Assembly: GCA_965197475.1 (NCBI GenBank)
Contig: CBDANF010000003.1
Location: forward strand, 2,880,001-2,944,000
Reading direction: 5' to 3'
From: Candidatus Poribacteria bacterium
GTDB lineage: Bacteria > Poribacteria > WGA-4E > WGA-3G
DNA: 64,000 nucleotides
Every line of letters starts with the position of its first letter. The stretch's first letter is position 1. Positions 10,275-20,309 of the stretch are shown here, piece after piece. The position numbers were made by a program, and so were the translations under genes. Under the pieces are notes generated by a model. The model did not search any database and had not been told where the DNA came from. It was given only the letters and a program-made list of their open reading frames with translations.

Positions 10275-10396
10275 CAGGACTTACGCAATGTGTTTAAAAG
10301 TCCCACTGATAAGGGGGATTTAGGGGGTTAAAAGCACCAAATTCTGCCTATTTAACCCCCTAACCCCCTTATCAAGGGGGGAATGCGTAAGTCCTG
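10275..10396. mobile_element. MITE-like element, 122 bp
   Basis: Perfect 13-bp terminal IRs CAGGACTTACGCA/TGCGTAAGTCCTG, an internal IR (GATAAGGGGG..TAGGGGGTTAAA / TTTAACCCCCTA..CCCCCTTATC) and flanking AATAA direct repeats at 10270-10274 and 10397-10401. Confidence 0.8.
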
Positions 10397-10469
10397 AATA
10401 AATTGACTTGGAACAAAAGCAACAAAGTACTTGATTACAAGATTATCTATCCAATGAAAGGTGGTGAAA

Positions 10470-11621
10470 ATGAAAGAAAAACATGAAGAAAAACTCGCAG
10501 AGACAACAGAGCATCCTATAGATAAGGAGACAAATGGATCAGATAAAAATCCAGAAATTGATACCTCAATTCAACACCAATTCAATGAATTAAAGCGCGA
10601 ATATCTGAATGACCGCTCCAGTTCAATGCATCGGTTGTTAGTCTTTATCTGCATAGTTCTTGTCTTTTTTACGATTATCATTCCGGTTGTAACGGGTATA
10701 GCCGCTTATTTCGTCTATGAAAGGTTTGAGGATGTCCAATCCCAAATGCTAAAACAGGTGAACGAAGCAAGTAAACAGGCTACTGCAGCAGAAAAACATG
10801 CTAAAGAAGTGGCACAGGCCCTTAAGGAAATCAAGGAGCATCAAAGCAAATTAAAAGAAATTGTATCTAAATTGACGAGTAAAGACTTCAGTAATCCGAA
10901 TAAAGTTGAAATTTTTAGGACAACCATTGAAGATATTCTAAAGAACCCTGAATTATCTCTTGAGGACAAAGCAATAATCGAGGTTTATAAGCTGCAGAAT
11001 ACGGGTAAAATATCGGAAGCAATTGAAAAATGGAGATCCATCGCGAACACTGCCATGGGGGTCAATAATGACCTTGTCGCACGCGCTTTTTTCTCAATTG
11101 GGTATCTCCATTCGGAGCAAAATGAAAGAGACCAGGCACTCTCTGCTTACGACCAAGCGATTGAACTGATGCCGAATTTCGCTGATGCGCATACCAGTCG
11201 CGGTGTTGTAAAAAGTTCACTGGGAAATCCTGAGGAGGCTATTACCGACCATGACGAAGCGATCCGCCTGAAGCCAGATTTTGCTGAGGCATATATCAAT
11301 CGTGGCACCGCGAAAAGAGCATTAGATAAACATGAGGATGCCATCGCCGACTTTGACGAAGCGATACTGCTAAATCCGAATTCTGCAAGTGCTTATACGC
11401 ATCGTGGTGTGTCAAAGAATGTGATCGGTCAACATCAGGATGCTATTGTTGACCATAATGAGGCGATACGTCTAAACCCCGATTTCGTTGAGGCATACAT
11501 CAATCGTGGTTCTGCGAAGCGAGCGTTGGGTCAAATGGGCGAAGCAAGGAAGGATTTTGATAAAGGATTGGAACTTGCTCAGCAGCAAGGGAAAGAGAAG
11601 CCGAATGTTGATGCTGAGTAG
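10470..11621 (+). CDS. Membrane-anchored TPR protein (TM helix, coiled coil, ~5 TPRs)
   Basis: Hydrophobic LLVFICIVLVFFTIIIPVVTGIAAYF; repeats AIRLKPDFAEAYINRG. Confidence 0.85.
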   Translation: MKEKHEEKLAETTEHPIDKETNGSDKNPEIDTSIQHQFNELKREYLNDRSSSMHRLLVFICIVLVFFTIIIPVVTGIAAYFVYERFEDVQSQMLKQVNEASKQATAAEKHAKEVAQALKEIKEHQSKLKEIVSKLTSKDFSNPNKVEIFRTTIEDILKNPELSLEDKAIIEVYKLQNTGKISEAIEKWRSIANTAMGVNNDLVARAFFSIGYLHSEQNERDQALSAYDQAIELMPNFADAHTSRGVVKSSLGNPEEAITDHDEAIRLKPDFAEAYINRGTAKRALDKHEDAIADFDEAILLNPNSASAYTHRGVSKNVIGQHQDAIVDHNEAIRLNPDFVEAYINRGSAKRALGQMGEARKDFDKGLELAQQQGKEKPNVDAE

Positions 11622-11725
11622 CAGATACATGAACTTGATGAGATGGAATCGTCCTTTGCTGAAGGCGTTCTACCATTCTGCTTATAAAAACGGACTACTA
11701 AGTATTTCTGATTGGAGCAAAACTA

Positions 11726-14195
11726 ATGAGAACAAAATTTTCTGAGGAAGAGCGTATTTGTTTCTACGATGCTATACTTTACCTGGATAGTGAAAGTGAG
11801 ATCGTTACTGTTGATAGAAATAGTGATACACTAACTTACAATGAAGGGAAAATAGAGAGTGAAGAAAAAATATCAGGGATCCCTAGTGACGAGGAATTAA
11901 CCCGATGTTTGATACTGCTTAATCTGATAAAACATTATGGTTACAACCCTGAGAGAATTAAAATTGAAGATAGTTTTAGAATTGGTGGGAGAAGACCTGA
12001 TAGGGCAAGAGCCGTTGAGACTGATATAATCATCAAGAGTAAACAGGGAGAAATTGATATTGTCTGTGAGGTAAAGCGTGTCCACGAATGGAAGGGTGTA
12101 GGCGACACATCTATCAGGAACCAGTTATTTTATCCCTACGGAAGTATTGTGAAGTACAATTCAGCAAGGTATCTCTTCTATTTATCTGTGGACGTTCCCC
12201 TTAATAAAGAACAGTTTCCATTGAATTGCATTGGAATTGATACTAGTATATCGAAGACCTATGATGAGTGGACACAGCAAGGAAAAACACCGCACCTTGT
12301 AGATATTGTTCAACCTGATGAGGAACCAGTTGTTCAAGATGTTTTCGTCAAACTTTCGGGCAATGAAGAAAATTTGCTGAAGAACTATAAAGATTTAGAT
12401 GGTAGTTTTGGAATAGGTGTTCTTAGACGCACATGGAGGACTCTCTGGGATTATATCTGGGGCGGAACACTCGAAGACAACAAAAAATTTGAAAACTTCA
12501 ATAAAGTTTTGCTTTCTAAAATTTATGATGAGCGAAAGACTAAGGCAGGCACAACATACCAATTTCAGCGAAAGTTTAAAGGGAATACTCCACAGAGTGA
12601 GTTAGAATTATCTAATGATGTTGACTTACTGTATCGACGAGCTTTTTTAGAATATTTATCAAAGGATAAGAACATTGAATTAAAAGATGTAAAAGGTATT
12701 GACTTCAACGAATTTCCCCCTCAGTTGATCAGCAAATGTGTAGAATGTTTATGTTCGCTTTCGTTCCAGAAAAACCGATACCAGAACGTGGATGTACTAG
12801 GTGAGTTTTACGAAATGGTTATTAGAGAAGCATTTAAACAAACAAAGGGGCTTTTTCTCACTCACCCGAATATCGTTTTGTTCATCCTTGCAGTGCTTGA
12901 AGTTGAAAATTTGGTTACTGAAAAGTTACGCAATCCTGACGAAGACGTACGGTATAGGTTGCCTTTTGTGATAGATCCTTCTTGTGGCACCGGTACTTTC
13001 CTTGTGCATTATATGAAGTACGTTCAGAAATATGTTGTTGAGAAGGACAAATCAATCTCCGCTGGAGACGATGATGTAACGGACTTTATCAAAAGCAATA
13101 TGTCAGGAAGTAATCCTTACAAATGGGTAATAGATTATGTTTATGGCATTGATGATGAACAAGTGTTAGCAACTGCTTGCCAAATTAACATGATTCTTCA
13201 TGGTGACGGAAGTACTAATATCTATGGGACAGACGGATTAGATAATCTTGAAAACTACTCAAAGCTGGAAGTTACGGGAGCAAACAATATGTTATCAAAA
13301 CCGAAAACTGGTAGAACATATTACCCGAAAAGCACCATTGAAAAGTTTGACTTAGTTATCTCAAATCCACCTTTCAACGTCAATATAGACAAAGCTTCCA
13401 CCCAACCAAATTTTGACATTGTTAAAGGTAAGTCGGAAGCATATTTCCTTGAACGGTGGTATCAATTACTAAAGCCTGGCGGAAGAATAGGAGTAGTTTT
13501 ACCTGAAAGTTTTTTCTCAGTGAAAGAGGATATTGAAGGAAGGTTGTTTCTCTATAAACATTTTAACATAAAAGCTATAGTATCCCTGCCAAACCATGCT
13601 TTTTCACCTCACACAACCACATCTACAAGTCTTTTGTTTGCAAGTAAAAAGACCGAAAAAGAGGAGAAGCAGTTTCAAGAACTGTGGAACGAATTTTTAG
13701 CATTGTTTAACAAGAGGGAAAGCCGTTTTAAGAGCACTTTGTCCACTCCTAAAAAGGAGATAAATTTTGAACCAACGGATGCCGGACAACCCGAAAGTAT
13801 AAAAACTTTCTTAAAGAAAACTGAGGAGTTTCTAGACAAGGAATTTGGGAAAAATATTGTGATTCTGCCTTACTTTTCTATTTGATGCCAATAATTTTAC
13901 CAAATTAAAGACACAAATAAAGACGGTAGTCACTGATGTTAAAGATCAGTGGGTTTTACTCCAGGTCTCTAAGGAAATCAAAAGTGAATTTTATAACCTC
14001 GCTATCTGTGAGATAGGTTACAAAGCTGGTAAGAAAGGATCGAAAGATAAACCTAATGAACTTATGGAAATGCTGGACAGCAACGGAGTACAAATTTATA
14101 ATTTAAAGTACGCTCATTCCTGGAGCAAGATCAATGTGTCTAATAAAAAAACTGCTCTGGGACTACTGAAAGGGTTAAAATTGTGGCAATCATAA
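11726..14195 (+). pseudogene. Fused restriction endonuclease / N6-adenine methyltransferase (type IIG/IIB-like), frameshifted near 13880
   Basis: N-terminal ETDIII...EVKR PD-(D/E)xK; IDPSCGTGTF and NPPF. The +1 frame continues FDANNF...EIGYKAGKKGSKDKPNEL...LWQS* to 14195, overlapping the S gene start. Confidence 0.75.
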
Positions 14196-14926
14196 TAGAA
14201 AAGAATTCGCTTGATTATATAGCTGGTTTTTCTCCAATTAGGTGTGATACTCACTTTAAGAATAATATAAAGCAAGCAGAGAGTTTTTTTTCCTCGTCTG
14301 GAATTACTTGGTTTGCTCTCGGTTCAGTTTTGGAAGAAGTACGAAATGGTATGAATCTTAAAACAGACTACTACTCTATGGAACCGACTAATACATTCTA
14401 CGTGTCCGTTTCTCAAATCAAGGAGTATGGTCTGATAGACAAAAATCAAAATTATTTGACAGATGAAGTCAAGGACCTGAAAAACTACCTCGAATTAGAA
14501 CCAAACATGCTATTAATTACAAGGTCAGGCACTATTGGAGTGGCATTGTCTACGAATCATCCATCCTTCAACTTTGATGAGTATTCTTATGTTGCTTCTG
14601 GTTTTGTAATCACAATGAAAATTAAAGAAGGATTTTCGGCTGACGTAATAGCAGGTTATATTAATCTTGTTGATGTTCAAAAATATCTTACAGCTATGGC
14701 AGCAGGGGCATGTCAAAAGAACATATCCCAACCAGTTATAAAAAACTTACCTGTCCCGGACTACCTACTAAACGGAGCAACAGAAATAGAACACGCTTTC
14801 GCGGAGTACGAAGAAGAAAGTCGAAAGATACTTGAATCTGTAGACTTACTTGAAAAAAAACTTTCCGAATTGAAATCTAAAGTATCAAATTCAGTAAAAA
14901 GTAAAATAATAGATTTTTACAAGTAA
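14183..14926 (+). CDS. Restriction-modification specificity (S) subunit, single TRD
   Basis: LLITRSGTIG, GACQKNISQPVIKNLPVP, C-terminal coiled coil. Confidence 0.75.
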   Translation: MAIIIEKNSLDYIAGFSPIRCDTHFKNNIKQAESFFSSSGITWFALGSVLEEVRNGMNLKTDYYSMEPTNTFYVSVSQIKEYGLIDKNQNYLTDEVKDLKNYLELEPNMLLITRSGTIGVALSTNHPSFNFDEYSYVASGFVITMKIKEGFSADVIAGYINLVDVQKYLTAMAAGACQKNISQPVIKNLPVPDYLLNGATEIEHAFAEYEEESRKILESVDLLEKKLSELKSKVSNSVKSKIIDFYK

Positions 14927-14934
14927 ACATGGTA

Positions 14935-15624
14935 CTATTTTTGAACCTTACTGGTTTCTAACTTTACACCAATCGGTTTCTGGGCAATTAAATCTAATGC
15001 GTGCTTGATACTGTAGGCAAGTATTATACCCGTGTTAGATTTATAACTGAGGGATGTTTGCTTGTCATCTTGATACACAGGTTCACGCACGTAGTGATGT
15101 CCAGTTACGATTCCAGCAACAGCAAAATCGTTACCATGATTATTTGGGCGAAAAACAACCGGACCACCAGAGAATCCCGGATTGTTATGACCGTCCAAAA
15201 GAATATACTGTCCTCGTTCAGCAACCAAAGAAACAATCCCTTTTTTCACGAGAGGGAATGGGAAGTTTCTATTTAGCGGACCAACATCACTCGTCAATCC
15301 AAAAGGAAAACCGAGAAAGTACACATCCTGTCCGAGCATCATTCCATCCATGGTAGGAGATAAAGGAAAAGCAGGTGAAATTTGGAGGTCAGAAGCTAGC
15401 ACTGAAATGTCGACCTTTCCTTTACAGTGTCCGACTAATTTAACCTGGAGGTCCTTCCATTTTTTTTCTTGCATTATTTTAACGCTACTTTGATCAACAA
15501 CTTTTTCAACAAGATGTCGAGCAGTGACGATGTATTGACGGTTATCAACATCAATTGTAAAGCAAGTGCCTTCTTGTGTGCTTCTGATTCTGAATGTCCG
15601 TTGGACAATGTTTGTAGTAACCAT
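14935..15624 (-). CDS. Trypsin-like serine protease, no signal peptide
   Basis: GTCF, VTARH (His), DIS (Asp), LGFP, NNPGFSGGPV (Ser). Confidence 0.85.
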   Translation of the reverse strand: MVTTNIVQRTFRIRSTQEGTCFTIDVDNRQYIVTARHLVEKVVDQSSVKIMQEKKWKDLQVKLVGHCKGKVDISVLASDLQISPAFPLSPTMDGMMLGQDVYFLGFPFGLTSDVGPLNRNFPFPLVKKGIVSLVAERGQYILLDGHNNPGFSGGPVVFRPNNHGNDFAVAGIVTGHHYVREPVYQDDKQTSLSYKSNTGIILAYSIKHALDLIAQKPIGVKLETSKVQK

Positions 15625-15807
15625 AGGTTAGTACTTCCTAATAATATAATGCACTTCTTATCTATTTACAATATAGGTAAGAGTGTATTAGTTCTGTTAC
15701 CGTTGTTTTAATTTAACGAAAAGGTTAATAAATTATATTTTATTTTAACTAAAATGTCAAATTTATTTTGTTCGGGGACAGTCTACTTGGTTGCCTTGGA
15801 CATTTTG

Positions 15808-16203
15808 TCAAAGCGGCTTCGCAAAACACAAAACATAACCATCATGATCCTTCAGTTCAAAGGCACGCAGACCGTCATCGGTATTTTCAAGCGGTTCGTG
15901 AAATTCTAATCCACGCGACTGATACTCCGCAAAAAGCGCATCCGGATCAGAAGTTAGGATAAAAGCATCCCATCGTGCCCACTCATGCCGAGTGTGGTTT
16001 GGAACTGGATGTATGTATTCAATAATCTGTTTGAGAAGTATCCGCACATTATCACGAGACACTATTCCAAAAAACGGATCGTCTTCAGGGACAAGTAAAT
16101 CTGTCTGAAAACCGAGTTTTTGATTGTAGAAGTCAATGGACTCAGCAAGGTTATCAACAATGAAAAATGGGGAAATTCCCTGAAGTATTGAATCTGTTGC
16201 CAT
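15808..16203 (-). CDS. VOC/glyoxalase/bleomycin-resistance family protein
   Basis: ISPFFIVDNLAESIDFY..KLGF, GLRAFELKDHDGYVLCF. Confidence 0.85.
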   Translation of the reverse strand: MATDSILQGISPFFIVDNLAESIDFYNQKLGFQTDLLVPEDDPFFGIVSRDNVRILLKQIIEYIHPVPNHTRHEWARWDAFILTSDPDALFAEYQSRGLEFHEPLENTDDGLRAFELKDHDGYVLCFAKPL

Positions 16204-16388
16204 TGTCCATCCTCCTATTTTCCTTACACAATATCCTAACAAATTTCCGTTTGCTGTTCAACAGAGAATAGAAAGCACATTCCCAAAATTGTTTGACACC
16301 TACTGCCAGTGTGTGTTAAACTTTAACAATTCACTGTCTATGAGAAAGGAACTGGCACGAACTTGTACCCCCAGTAAGTGCATCTGAT

Positions 16389-17363
16389 ATGGCACAAAGA
16401 CCAGAGTTTCCGGCATCTAATAGGCGGCAACAATATGATACCGTTTCAAAAGTACTGATTCACCAAAACCCCGAAGATTGGTTAAGATTTAGCCTCGGTA
16501 TCCCGGAAGCAGAGGTGATCGAGGTGCTTGAAACCGAGCAGCCCACTGTCAAATCCAATCGTGCGGATAGTTTTATACGCGCGAACGTCCTCGGCAAGGA
16601 AGCCATTGTACATTTGGAAATGCAGACACACGATAGCAGAGAGGTACTGATGCCGTATCGTATGGCAGGTTATGTTGGCAGAGGAATTGAGTCCTTTCAG
16701 CTGCCGATTTATTCACACGTCATCTACCTGCACCCGCGGGCAGGGCAAACCGACCCCGGTGAATATATTCAAGAGATGTTGAACTATGAAATCCGTATCC
16801 GATATAAGGTGATCCGGCTGTACGATTTGGAGGGTTTGCCGTTTCTGGAGGCGGGTGTAAAAGGCTTGATACCTTTTGCGCCATTGATGAAACCACCGAC
16901 AGATATGAAAGGTGAGGATTGGCTTCGGCAATGTGTTGAGGTTGCGGATGCTGTGCAGCAAGATGCGGTGTCAAAGGCGGATTATCTCACAGATTTAGCG
17001 ATTTTGAGCGGCTTAATATTTGACTATGCAACTATTCGTGAAACTATAATGGAGGCGATCATGCACGAATCATCGGTTATCCAACATTTCCTGCAACAAG
17101 GCATTGAACAAGGCATTGAACAGGGCATTGAACAGGGCATTGAACAGGGGACGCGAGAAAGTCTCATCGAGGGCATCCTTGAAAATCTGGAGGTGCGTTT
17201 CCACTCCGCTAACTTGCAAGCGGTCGAGGCAGTGCTTGAACGTATTGAAACATTGCAACGTCTTAGACAGTTGCGGCGCGCGTCGCTGCAGACACCAAGT
17301 CTTGATACCTTCCAACAAGTTTTGGACTTAAACGAAGACACTGACGAAACCGACTCCATTTGA
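16389..17363 (+). CDS. Rpn/YhgA-like PD-(D/E)xK nuclease
   Basis: YDTVSK, RADSF...HLEMQT, MPYRM, C-terminal EQGI repeats. Confidence 0.85.
   Translation: MAQRPEFPASNRRQQYDTVSKVLIHQNPEDWLRFSLGIPEAEVIEVLETEQPTVKSNRADSFIRANVLGKEAIVHLEMQTHDSREVLMPYRMAGYVGRGIESFQLPIYSHVIYLHPRAGQTDPGEYIQEMLNYEIRIRYKVIRLYDLEGLPFLEAGVKGLIPFAPLMKPPTDMKGEDWLRQCVEVADAVQQDAVSKADYLTDLAILSGLIFDYATIRETIMEAIMHESSVIQHFLQQGIEQGIEQGIEQGIEQGTRESLIEGILENLEVRFHSANLQAVEAVLERIETLQRLRQLRRASLQTPSLDTFQQVLDLNEDTDETDSI
17061..17363 (+). CDS. Putative internally translated small Rpn product (RpnS-like, 100 aa)
   Basis: GGAGG at 17051-17055, five nt before in-frame ATG 17061, just upstream of the EQGI repeats. Confidence 0.55.
   Translation: MHESSVIQHFLQQGIEQGIEQGIEQGIEQGTRESLIEGILENLEVRFHSANLQAVEAVLERIETLQRLRQLRRASLQTPSLDTFQQVLDLNEDTDETDSI
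17097..17149 (+). repeat. 12-bp tandem repeat CARGGCATTGAA x~4.4 (QGIE)
   Basis: Direct inspection. Confidence 0.9.
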
Positions 17364-17396
17364 GAAACACATATTACGCCGAAAAGGAACATTTTC

Positions 17397-18371
17397 ATGG
17401 CAACACTCAGATGGGGCATACTCGGTTGCGGGAATGTCGCTGAACATAAGGGTGGACCCCCGCTCTACACAGTTGAAGATTCAGAACTTATCGCTGTGAT
17501 GCGGCGGGATCGCGCCAAAGCCGAGGCATTTGCAGAGAGGCACGGCGCAAAACGTGTTTATACCGATATAGACCAACTCCTATCAGATGACGAAATCAAT
17601 GCGATTTACATTGCAACGCCGCCACATCTCCACTGCGAACAGACTATCCGTGCCGCACAAGCGGGTAAGCACGTCCTCTGCGAAAAACCGATGGCGATGA
17701 CAGTTGAAGAGTGTCAACACATGGTAGATGCCTGCCGTGAAGCAGGTGTTATCTTGATGCTCGCTTACTACCGAAACCACTATCCGAATGTCGTCAAAAT
17801 GAAAGCACTGATAGATGAAGGCGCAATCGGTGATGTGGTACTTGCACGTATCAACTGTACCGGTTACTATAACCCGAATCGCCACGATTTGAAGAATTGG
17901 CGGATTAACCCAGAGATTAGCGGTGGCGGTGTGTTGATGGACATCGGCAGTCACCGCATCAGTCTGCTTAAGTATCTGATGGGAGACATCACATTTGCGC
18001 AAGGCTACGCTGAGACAGTGCATTTGGACGCTGCCGTTGACGATTCTGCTGTATTCACATTACGTTTCAAGAGTGGCGCGCATGCTGTTGCGAATATCAA
18101 CTGGAATGTCGGCATCGGAATTGACGATGTTGAGGTTTACGGCACAACAGGATGTTTACGGTGTTCACCATTGAATTCTGGGAATCTGACACTTGAAACA
18201 AAATCAGCGGGACGGGTTGAGATGCCGCAAACACCGTTACCGCATACACACACGGGACTTGTGGAAGATTTTGTCAATCATCTCAAAATAGGTGAACCGA
18301 TACGATGTTCGGGTGAATCGGGGTTGCAGACAAACGCGATTATTGCGAAGATTTATGCGGATGGAAATTGA
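17397..18371 (+). CDS. Gfo/Idh/MocA oxidoreductase
   Basis: WGILGCG, YIATPPHLH, GKHVLCEKP, GGGVLMDIGSH. Confidence 0.9.
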   Translation: MATLRWGILGCGNVAEHKGGPPLYTVEDSELIAVMRRDRAKAEAFAERHGAKRVYTDIDQLLSDDEINAIYIATPPHLHCEQTIRAAQAGKHVLCEKPMAMTVEECQHMVDACREAGVILMLAYYRNHYPNVVKMKALIDEGAIGDVVLARINCTGYYNPNRHDLKNWRINPEISGGGVLMDIGSHRISLLKYLMGDITFAQGYAETVHLDAAVDDSAVFTLRFKSGAHAVANINWNVGIGIDDVEVYGTTGCLRCSPLNSGNLTLETKSAGRVEMPQTPLPHTHTGLVEDFVNHLKIGEPIRCSGESGLQTNAIIAKIYADGN

Positions 18372-18458
18372 TATTTTCGTCGGGGTTGCAAACCCGCAGT
18401 GTGCCACACGCGCACGCTGCGTTGATTCACTCCCACAAGAAAACCCCTTCCTACAAAT

Positions 18459-19612
18459 CTATTGCCCAATCCGCTTGGACTCTAATGTTAACCACTCACC
18501 ATAACCACGTGGCATCTCTGCTGGTGGTTGTAACCCCGATTCCTCACGCCACCGCAGTAACGGATGGCGACGGTCTTTCTGTGGAAGATTCACACGTTTA
18601 CCATAAGCCGCAGACTCAAAGATACCCATCATCATCTCAATAATGTGTCGTCCCGCATAACCGCTGCACTGATGAGGTCTGTCCTCATCCAAAGCGTTGA
18701 TATATTTCTCAACAAACCAATAATCCATTTCAGATCCGCTACGCTTTGGGTCGTAATGCTCAGGATAGATAAGTTCCAACGTTTCCCACTTATCATGTGT
18801 CCATCGGGGAGATAGTGCGGTGTCGGTAAATACCATGCACCACCGCTTTTCCAAAAGAGCCTCCCCTCGCTGCCAAAAAGTTCCATAGAATAGGCGTTCG
18901 TGTCCATCTTGTCAAAACGGTGTTGCAGCAGCGTGCCGGTAACGTTGCCTTCATACTGTAAGGTTGCGGAGATATATTCCCCTGCGATGGTCCCCATCCC
19001 ACTCGGTGACGGAACAACGTCATCAGGCGTAATCGGCTTTCCGCCGGTTGTCAGGTTTGCAACAACACTTTCACACCGCTTCCCAAAATGTAGCATATTG
19101 TTGAGCATGTGTGTACCGATGTTCATCAAGCCGTAACCACCGTAGTAGCCCTTTCCACTGCCGTACATATAACGCAATTCACCGATCTTGCCAGCATTGA
19201 AGGCACGCGCTATCGCTTGCATAGACGCACCGACTCTACCCTGATGATGCACTGCAACTTGCACGCCTTTTTCCTCAGCTTTCGCGATGACAGTATCTGC
19301 TTCCACAAGATCAACACACATTGGCTTTTCCACTTCAATATGCACGCCGTGTTCTAACACGCGCATACACAAATCGTAGTGAAACTCAGTGCCAGTAGGG
19401 ATTGCAACGATGTCAGGTGAGGTTTGCCGGATCATCTCATCAAGATCAGCAAACTGTGCTGTGACGTTGACTTCCTCGCCCAATGTCCTACGTCTTTCCT
19501 CAATCAGGTCGCAGAGTCCAACAATCTTAGTGCGGGGATGCGCGTGGTACGCACGCGCTGCTGCTGTGCCGCGTCCTCTACATCCTAATATTGCCACCCG
19601 ATATGTTTTCAT
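18459..19612 (-). pseudogene. Gfo/Idh/MocA oxidoreductase with a 1-nt frameshift near 18801
   Basis: VAILGCRGRG, EVEKP, LMNIGTH. TPHYLPDG in one frame joins THDKWETLELIYPE...HPLLRWRE in another. Confidence 0.75.
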
Positions 19613-19622
19613 AGGTATCTTC

Positions 19623-19657
19623 CTTGTAGGGGCTGAGGTTACAGACCCCGCCCACAA
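19623..19657. repeat. GTAG-type REP-like palindrome
   Basis: cttGTAGGGGC...ccccGCCCACaag. Confidence 0.5.
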
Positions 19658-19676
19658 GAAAATTATCTCAATATCA

Positions 19677-20285
19677 CTATTCTTCTGGGTACTCTTCAGG
19701 GTACTTAATGTTTACTTTTCCATCAACTATGGATTTCTTGAGTGAAACAAGGAGTACTGCCTGAGTAGAATCCGGACTTTCATAAGAAAGACGTAAATAT
19801 TCTATGATAATATCATCATAAGCTGCCATGTATTCAAACCAAAATTCGCCGCGAATTAATCCTCCTTCAGGATTCTCAGGATCCTCAAATTTTGAGAAGT
19901 AATAGCCAAGGAAGTTCACATATTCTAGTGCCTCTGCCTTGCCCTCATCTTCTTTACCAGCTGCAAAGAATCCTTGAACGCGTTCATCATGCGCGTCTTC
20001 CCATATATCTAACAATTTTTGCCAGACTTCTTGACCAAAACCGAGTTCTTCTTGGAAGATAGGTTCAGCAGCAGTAAACAGAACCGAGAAATCGCCTGCT
20101 TCTTCTGCTTTTTGGTAAGCCTCCATTCTTCTCTCATTTACCCGTGCCATCGCTTCTTGCGCTTTTTCCAGCGATGTTTGAGTTTCTTCCACCATTTCTT
20201 CTTTTTTCACATCTTTTTCCATATCTTCACCGCAACCGAAGGTAAATATCGTTGCGACTAACATGAAAAACAGTAAGAATCTCAT
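19677..20285 (-). CDS. Hypothetical acidic lipoprotein
   Basis: Signal peptide with TFGC lipobox; GGGAG RBS. Confidence 0.75.
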   Translation of the reverse strand: MRFLLFFMLVATIFTFGCGEDMEKDVKKEEMVEETQTSLEKAQEAMARVNERRMEAYQKAEEAGDFSVLFTAAEPIFQEELGFGQEVWQKLLDIWEDAHDERVQGFFAAGKEDEGKAEALEYVNFLGYYFSKFEDPENPEGGLIRGEFWFEYMAAYDDIIIEYLRLSYESPDSTQAVLLVSLKKSIVDGKVNIKYPEEYPEE

Positions 20286-20309
20286 TTTTTACTCCCTTTT
20301 GTAGTTGAG

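Noticed and set aside
654-11621. Stop-codon recoding (in-frame TAG/TAA in TPR genes at 684, 654 and possibly 11619)
   Set aside because: TAG and TAA terminate many conserved genes here (recA, arc, pup, pafA); point mutation or decay is the simpler explanation
13865-13890. Phase-variable simple sequence repeat in the R-M gene
   Set aside because: Only T4/T3 runs, too short to support slipped-strand switching
17097-17149. CRISPR array
   Set aside because: Contiguous in-frame 12-bp coding repeat without spacers; no CRISPR array or cas gene was seen in the window
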